DNA from: an uncultured Clostridia bacterium
GTDB taxonomy: Bacteria > Bacillota > Clostridia > UBA1381
DNA: 64,000 bases
Assembly: GCA_934444735.1 (NCBI GenBank)
Contig: CAKSDE010000003.1
Span: forward strand, 105,910 to 169,909
Direction of reading: 5' to 3'
A program made the translations under genes and the position numbers. Positions 59,101 through 64,000 of this stretch are shown in pieces (within the stretch, counting starts at the first letter, position 1; each line of letters starts with the position of its first letter). The notes beneath the pieces were generated by a model that was not told the origin of the DNA, searched no databases, and worked only from the letters and a program-made list of their open reading frames with translations.

Positions 59101-59902
59101 TTGCACCACTTATCGAACCATCGAGATTCATCGTAAGCGTTCTGTCTTTCGTGTTTATCTTCGTCACTATCTGTCTTTCAAAATTGTAATCATTTTTAAA
59201 ATATCCGCCGACACGCGCATCTTTTGCCTCGCCCCATCGGGTAACGTTATATTCCGCTGTCTGGAAGGTCTTTGATGCCGCATTGGTAATCTTTTTTATC
59301 GTCGTATATCCCGAATTCGGGAATCGCGCCAGGGTTTGTGCACGGTCGTCAAGATAAAGCTGATGATAACCCGTCACGGCTTTTGCGCCGCTTCTGTAAT
59401 ACGGCACCTCGCCTACCATTTTTATCCCCTGCGTCTTTAAGTCCATCACACCGACATGATCCCGTGAATTTTCGGGGAGTCTTTTTAAGATTGCGGGGTC
59501 TGTCACTTTCTTAAAAGCCTTCGTATCCAGAACCTTTGAGCCTTTGAATATAACCCGTTCATTTTCCGCCGCTTTATATGTTATCGGCGCGTCCTCCGTT
59601 CCGCTGTCCTTTGAATCAAAATTTACGGTATCGGAAAGTCTGTATGTACCCTCATGAAAAATTATATTTATCGGCTTTTTCTGATCTGCACGAATCGCTC
59701 TTGCAAGCTTTCTTGCCTTGTCAAACGTAGCAACAGGCGCATTCTCATCTCCGCTTTTTGCATCATTTCCGTTGGGGGAAACGTGAATCTCTATCACATC
59801 ACCCGATGTCTTGTTCTCAGTTTCCTGCGCAGCTGCGCAAACGGCATATGCCGTTTGCGCAAATATAATCGCAGATAAAATAATTGCTGTAAATTTTTTC
59901 AT
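56177..59902 (-). CDS. Secreted 1241 aa beta-helix enzyme paralog with two C-terminal jelly-roll (DUF1080/LamG-like, CBM-like) domains
   Basis: Signal MKKFTAIILSAIIFAQTAYA. IHVSPNGNDAKSGDENAPVATFDKA, ARFPNSGY, EIDMPGEWYIDPDS, EVHDSGAIYAGRN. C-terminal two repeats with GW...W..GFGLR motifs. Confidence 0.7.
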   Translation of the reverse strand: MKKFTAIILSAIIFAQTAYAVCAAAQETENKTSGDVIEIHVSPNGNDAKSGDENAPVATFDKARKLARAIRADQKKPINIIFHEGTYRLSDTVNFDSKDSGTEDAPITYKAAENERVIFKGSKVLDTKAFKKVTDPAILKRLPENSRDHVGVMDLKTQGIKMVGEVPYYRSGAKAVTGYHQLYLDDRAQTLARFPNSGYTTIKKITNAASKTFQTAEYNVTRWGEAKDARVGGYFKNDYNFERQIVTKINTKDRTLTMNLDGSISGANRRYFVYNLLEEIDMPGEWYIDPDSMLLYYYPQNRISDEVLEISTLSSVMLKLSDVHYVNFEGLEFAQSRYDAVQLPSCTDITFDNCTFRDIEGMGIRDYVDLYRQYQKTPNSYNIVIKNSIFNNIGFTTIDLQGGDEPTLTESGNIIENCYFSGVGTEIVGYVPAVRFLGVGITVKNCTMHNAGSHLITGGGSLHKIYNNELFDSCKEVHDSGAIYAGRNLYQRGVDISNNYIHHVKSLDKSIGEIACGVYMDDRLSEWYIHNNIFCGMSRGVFMNTGNDAEIHDNIFIDNDVGVRISGAKGQWAELFDSCDEWVKKYPIYLERFPKIANLRESEHMAHDNHVVDNLFVRSIYEIPEYTGDKVLANEDRNNYSTDKFDDFVDEAHGNFEIKENSEILKTHPGLSNIKLDEMGVSEDMLEKAKKLLDRDIVKLYPQNGADNINSAKTEFKWTKSDIYDKYRIVIATDKDMKNVVADEIVGYNYYSTDKLEEGLKTYYWTVTGIDISKENLPDKQSTGSPYRLRTAKYEESEKIVIAEEIKKANEVLSELSVGEAMGQCTQSAIDEFKSAIDEAQTVNDSRFIKQDAVDDMTEKLIAARKKATASRNIGYLSIESWLENQDGWYAGTPTYKDGIMHIEGTEFGYYEAAELPGYQLLKFKMKAKFGGEWTGFGLRQQTPGMAYGVGGVGYMIIIKEDVIEFQRYNSGGGMLKEIKNDFVKNEQWHEYEVGALDTEDGIRVILRVDGKTVLNELDSDGVITEPGHFQIYNRMYAAEHVTDYIEVAKSDDTDMSFDASVVTGKLTAVEPQKADGFDKLFKSDDIKTVSAVLEKNDTAASYKTETSAESSLISAGGFAGNEVLNLKVKFNLSGEGQGFALRADEDDKEGYRFYVSADKIILKRVSEGSSSILAKVTNTYIKDGEFANLVIGAYPTMRGMRVMLYADGNKIIDYTDPYSKFKSTRVNFYDLNKSGMEFQK

Positions 59903-59921
59903 CTTTTCAATTCCTATATTA

Positions 59922-62900
59922 TTATTTTGTTACAGGTGTCATTCCCGAAAGGCTGTTCCATACATACACCTGTATGCTTGCAGCACCCTCCGGCACATCA
60001 AACGCAACTCCGTTTTCTGCTGTTGTTACCTGCAAAAGCTTACCGTCTGCATCCTTTACCGCTGCCAAAACTCTATCATTTGTATATGTAGAAACAAAAT
60101 ATACTGTTGCCTTTCCATTTGCAAGAGCTGCATATGCTTGTGTAGAATCCAACTCATCTTTTATTCTGCCGATTCTGTTCATATCGATATCTGCCTTAAC
60201 TGTTCCTTCTTTAGCGTCCGCAAGCGTCTCTGTTCCCGAAACTTCCGCATTTGCATTATTGACAATGTCTGTATCGCAATTTACAAATTTATTTCCGATA
60301 GCAGTAACACCTGCCGGCACGAAGTTTTCTACGGCAACCGTAAGAGGTGCAAGATAATCTGCGCCGAACTTTTCTTCATATGCACTGTTTGCCGCAAAGA
60401 AATCAGCCGCATATTTTGTCATCGACTTACCGTCAATTTCAAAGCCTGTAATCGGATTGTTTCCGAGTACTACTCCGTACTGATAGCAGTTCACCAAAAC
60501 ATTGTTGTCTATTGTGTTAAGCGCACCGCCGTTCGAGAACACTCCTCTTCCGGCATTTTCGATAACGTTGTGGTGTATATTTGTGCCGCTAAGCCCGTCA
60601 TCAAGATATATACCGGCAATCAGAGCGCCGTCTGCCCTGTCTGCATTTACTATGTGGTTATAGCTGATCTCATTTCCGAGATATATAAGATTTCTGCCGC
60701 CGTAGATAGCGCCCAAATCTGCCGCCTCACGTCCCGCACGTATTATTTCGTTATTTGTAATCTTATTGAGCGCACCGCTGAATCCTATCAATATAGACTT
60801 AGAATCCGCAACATAGTTATTTCTTACAACATTGCCGACACCGTTTATATTTATACCCTGCGCATAGCATCTTACGATACTTCCCGGCTTTTCAACAGAG
60901 TTGTTCTCGATTACGTTACCCGATTCGGTAAGCGTCTTAAGATCTCCGCCCTCTGCATATATTCCCATGTATCCGAGATTTGCAAGCTTGGAATTTTTGA
61001 TATTCACATTGCTTGAATTTTTAGCAATTACCGCACTTCTGCCGATCTCCTTAAAGGTACAGCCGTCAATTACGGCAGATGCCGCACCGTCTATATTAAG
61101 AGCGTTTCCGCAGGTGTCTTTAAATGTAACTCCGCTTATTTCAAGATTTGCAGCATTGGAGTTTATCATATCTCCCACAAGGTTCGATACTTCGATTTCT
61201 GTCTCGCCCGTCTTGGGGATATAATAGAGAACCTTTTGCGCCTTATCCAGATACCATTCGCCCGAAACGTCCATAAGTCCCAGACTGTTAAAGAGTCTCC
61301 AGTTTCTCTTTATTCCGTAGATTTTCTTTGCCTTTATCGAATTGAGTGTAAGAGTTGAACCTTCAATCGTAAAGTCGGTTGTTTTATATGTTCTGTACGG
61401 CTCTGCGAAATATCCTTCGATTGCAAGATTTTCATCATCACCGTAATAGAGAAATTCATCGTTTTCTATCGAAATGTCATCTCCGGCTGTCGTATTTATG
61501 CTTGCTTCCTCAATCAAGCCGTCATTATTCGGATATTCCGCAATCGGATTTATCGAATCCTTTGAGAATACACCGAAAGTATATGTTGCCGTAAGACTGT
61601 TATTCTTGTTCAAAATCGAATCTGCCGTATAATCCATACCGATATCCGAAAGCGCAATCTTTTTAGCTCCGGCAATATCTGCATAATCGCTCATATCCGA
61701 TATTTTTACCGTCTTTGAGCCTTTTACAACAGGGTTTGCTCCCTCTGCCGCTTTTATTGTAACCTTTCCGCGGATATTCGAGATATTTATTGTATTATCC
61801 ACTTCATACTCGCCGTCTGCAAGAGTTATTATAACCTCTCTTACATATGTTGAATTTATGTCCTTCTCCTGTGCCGCACTTACCGCCTGTGCAAGAGTCT
61901 TAACCGGATTTTCTGCTGTTCCGTCATCGGAATCCTTACCATTCGGTGCAGCGTAAATTTCAATAGGTTCTTTTGAATCGTCCGCCTGACTTCCGCTTTG
62001 GAGTCTGCGGTTTGTAAGAAGAGTCATTCCGAGATATGTTGCGCCGTGCTTTTGCGTTTCAACGGCAACCGCCTCTGAATTAACCACATCACCGTTTGAG
62101 GCAATCAAATCAAAGCTCTCAAGAACATACGCACTGTCGCACGGAACCGTTATCTGATTGATATATACGGTTCCCGACTTTACAGCCACGCCGTTTTCCG
62201 GTGTTGCCCCATCAACCGCAACAGCATTGCCGCCGTCTTTTCCGACAGATGTATTATCATACTGAATCCAGCCGCTTGTTCTGCCGCCTTTATAGTTAAA
62301 TCTTATATATCCGATTTCATCATCTTTATATCCCTTGCCGCCGCCGATAAAGCTTACGGCTGTGTAATATCCGTCAGAAACGTCAATTCTTGAATAATAG
62401 TCATCGCTTGTTGTACTTGTGTAGCTTGAATTTTTACCCCATACGGTATCTACTCTTACAGTATAATCAATGTCGTTTACCGTAAACACACCGTCGCTGT
62501 AATTTGCCGCAGTCATATCCGGTACCGTTTTCCAGTTATTGAGTGCAAGGAAGGAATCCTTAAAAATACCCTTTCCGTATCCCGAATAAACATTGTAATA
62601 AGTTCTTTCGTTATTTGCAAAAGCGTCAGGTCTTACCTGAACACATACGGTCTTTGCGTCCTTTATAAGTATTCCGTTTGTCTTTAAACCGATACCGAAC
62701 CAACGTACATTATATGTTGAACCGCTCAACTCATCTGTAAGCTCACCGTTTCCGATAACCGCATCTCTTGACGGGAAATCTATGGATGTAAGCACTTTAT
62801 TTGAATCTACCGCTACATTATACTGATGCATATAGCGTATATTTTCTGTATAATTTCCCTTTCCGGTACTTCCCGAAAATCCTGTCAGAGTCAGATATTC

Positions 62901-64000
62901 TCCGTCAACGCCCTTATCATTGTATTTTTTAACATCGTTTCCTTGAGAATCCTTTAAAATTACAAATCCGCTGTTTGTTCCGTCCGCATAGTTCAAACGT
63001 ACAGCCGCAGCACTCGCATTATATTCCAATCCGCCCAAAAAGCTTATTCCGTTGTAATATCCGTCTGCGATATCTATTGTATAATAATTCTTGCCTTCAT
63101 TTGCGCTTGCCGCTCCCGGCTGGAATGTTACTAATGTTGATGAGTCACTGCTGTCTACAACCGCAATATCATACTCATATCCGTTAAATACCAAAGTATT
63201 GTGCTTTTCTTCGCCCCATACATTCTTCCATGAATAGCCTGAGTCCGCAGCAGGTGCCTTGAATTTATCAGCAACAATACCTGTTTGCGAGAATGTATTT
63301 GCAACTCCCTTTTCATCCAGTGCATTATAATACGCTCTGAATGAATTTACAAATGATGTATACGGCACGCTTACAAATACATCTTGAATATCGTCCTGAT
63401 ATTGCAGATAATCCATAGCTCTGTAGTATATCGCCTGTCCCGCTTCGCTCTTTACTGTATCGGGATCAATATCCGAGTATATCTCCATAAGCTGCCTGAG
63501 CAAAGCGATATTTTCATCTGTTGCCACAAATTTATCGGCAGTCGGGAGCTGTTCCAATATATCCGCAAGCAGATCAAGCTTTGTATTTGTAGCGCACTCT
63601 TCATCCGTAAGAAGTGTTACACCCACAAAAAGCGCGGTATATGCATAATTATTAACCGTTCCTGCCGCATCGGTATACTGTACCGGATCATCGCTCGTTC
63701 CGACAGTTACTTTACCGTTTCTTGCCAAAATATCAAAGCTGTCGAGCATTTTTGTACTGTCAACGCTTGTTTCGTTTATCTGATAAAGGTAAACTTTCAG
63801 GTCTGTTCCGTCTGCATCTTTATCTGTGGGGATCGAATTTTCATTGTCCCAGCCGATTCCCGGAACTGCAAGACATACTTCTCCCTCATCCGGTGCTTCC
63901 GTCACTTTTTTATTTATTCCCGGCTGAACCCACTCGGACTTTGTTCCGTCTGTATAGTTATATCTTATGTACGGCATATCGCCCCATAGGTCTTTGCCGC
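59922..64000 (-). CDS. Secreted beta-helix enzyme paralog, more than 1351 aa, 5-prime end outside the window. Carries the roughly 70 aa module at its extreme C-terminus.
   Basis: Open reading frame continues to the window edge without a signal peptide in view. Core IYAAPNGKDSDDGTAENPVKTLAQA, EYPNNDG, DVSGEWYLDKAQ, AADLGAIYGGRN. C-terminal LAAVKDADGKLLQV...IQVYVWNSLSGMTPVTK. Confidence 0.65.
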   Translation of the reverse strand, partial: GKDLWGDMPYIRYNYTDGTKSEWVQPGINKKVTEAPDEGEVCLAVPGIGWDNENSIPTDKDADGTDLKVYLYQINETSVDSTKMLDSFDILARNGKVTVGTSDDPVQYTDAAGTVNNYAYTALFVGVTLLTDEECATNTKLDLLADILEQLPTADKFVATDENIALLRQLMEIYSDIDPDTVKSEAGQAIYYRAMDYLQYQDDIQDVFVSVPYTSFVNSFRAYYNALDEKGVANTFSQTGIVADKFKAPAADSGYSWKNVWGEEKHNTLVFNGYEYDIAVVDSSDSSTLVTFQPGAASANEGKNYYTIDIADGYYNGISFLGGLEYNASAAAVRLNYADGTNSGFVILKDSQGNDVKKYNDKGVDGEYLTLTGFSGSTGKGNYTENIRYMHQYNVAVDSNKVLTSIDFPSRDAVIGNGELTDELSGSTYNVRWFGIGLKTNGILIKDAKTVCVQVRPDAFANNERTYYNVYSGYGKGIFKDSFLALNNWKTVPDMTAANYSDGVFTVNDIDYTVRVDTVWGKNSSYTSTTSDDYYSRIDVSDGYYTAVSFIGGGKGYKDDEIGYIRFNYKGGRTSGWIQYDNTSVGKDGGNAVAVDGATPENGVAVKSGTVYINQITVPCDSAYVLESFDLIASNGDVVNSEAVAVETQKHGATYLGMTLLTNRRLQSGSQADDSKEPIEIYAAPNGKDSDDGTAENPVKTLAQAVSAAQEKDINSTYVREVIITLADGEYEVDNTINISNIRGKVTIKAAEGANPVVKGSKTVKISDMSDYADIAGAKKIALSDIGMDYTADSILNKNNSLTATYTFGVFSKDSINPIAEYPNNDGLIEEASINTTAGDDISIENDEFLYYGDDENLAIEGYFAEPYRTYKTTDFTIEGSTLTLNSIKAKKIYGIKRNWRLFNSLGLMDVSGEWYLDKAQKVLYYIPKTGETEIEVSNLVGDMINSNAANLEISGVTFKDTCGNALNIDGAASAVIDGCTFKEIGRSAVIAKNSSNVNIKNSKLANLGYMGIYAEGGDLKTLTESGNVIENNSVEKPGSIVRCYAQGININGVGNVVRNNYVADSKSILIGFSGALNKITNNEIIRAGREAADLGAIYGGRNLIYLGNEISYNHIVNADRADGALIAGIYLDDGLSGTNIHHNVIENAGRGVFSNGGALNTIDNNVLVNCYQYGVVLGNNPITGFEIDGKSMTKYAADFFAANSAYEEKFGADYLAPLTVAVENFVPAGVTAIGNKFVNCDTDIVNNANAEVSGTETLADAKEGTVKADIDMNRIGRIKDELDSTQAYAALANGKATVYFVSTYTNDRVLAAVKDADGKLLQVTTAENGVAFDVPEGAASIQVYVWNSLSGMTPVTK

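Noticed and set aside
59811-61016. 401 aa plus-strand ORF, and other long plus-strand ORFs such as 26158-26886, 8751-9311, 34000-34614
   Set aside because: They lie entirely antisense within well-supported minus-strand genes. They have a Cys/Arg/Ile-rich low-complexity composition typical of reverse-frame artefacts and lack RBS.
1-64000. CRISPR arrays, tRNA or rRNA genes, transposases, integrases, prophage genes
   Set aside because: No short direct-repeat and spacer periodicity anywhere. No cloverleaf-like or rRNA-like conserved stretches in the short intergenic regions. No ORF with DDE, tyrosine or serine recombinase motifs. Intergenic regions are all under 340 bp.

Overview
This 64 kb window looks like chromosomal DNA from a Gram-positive anaerobe, probably a member of Clostridia. 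The evidence is the SLH (S-layer homology) and copper-amine-oxidase N-terminal (CuAO-N) wall-binding domains, CsoR-type copper regulation, GGAGG ribosome-binding sites and roughly 43% GC. Almost all genes are on the minus strand.

The window is dominated by a very large locus for glycan binding and degradation at the cell surface. It contains at least five paralogous secreted right-handed beta-helix enzymes (1-780 partial, 33979-36573, 36570-39800, 56177-59902, 59922-64000 partial). It also contains two tandem giant multi-CBM-like proteins (22891-28056, 1721 aa, with internal SLH domains and an SGNH esterase; 28128-31346, 1072 aa). Further members are a 1307 aa protein built from three roughly 400 aa tandem repeats (880-4803) and several SLH or CuAO-N anchored proteins of unknown function (31389-33959, 50534-53491, 53493-55214, 55211-56155). 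Two paralogous intracellular GH3 enzymes, a GH28 enzyme and three AraC regulators belong to the same locus.

A roughly 70 aa module recurs in four of these secreted proteins, at the extreme C-terminus in three of them and internally in one. I flag it as a candidate undescribed surface-assembly or anchoring module.

Smaller units are embedded in the locus:
- a csoR-copA-copZ copper efflux operon with a textbook promoter and two CsoR operators;
- a plus-strand GH38 alpha-mannosidase / FGGY kinase / class II aldolase / cupin sugar isomerase operon;
- an aconitase-isocitrate dehydrogenase operon;
- a gene for a DUF1015 protein;
- a murQ / HTH-fused BadF-type sugar kinase / glycoside-hydrolase-like operon in which the last gene is split by a frameshift at an A7 tract;
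- a 713 aa cytoplasmic protein of unknown function.

I found no tRNA, rRNA, CRISPR array, transposase or integrase. All functional calls rest on motif and architecture recognition by eye. I could not run any database search.
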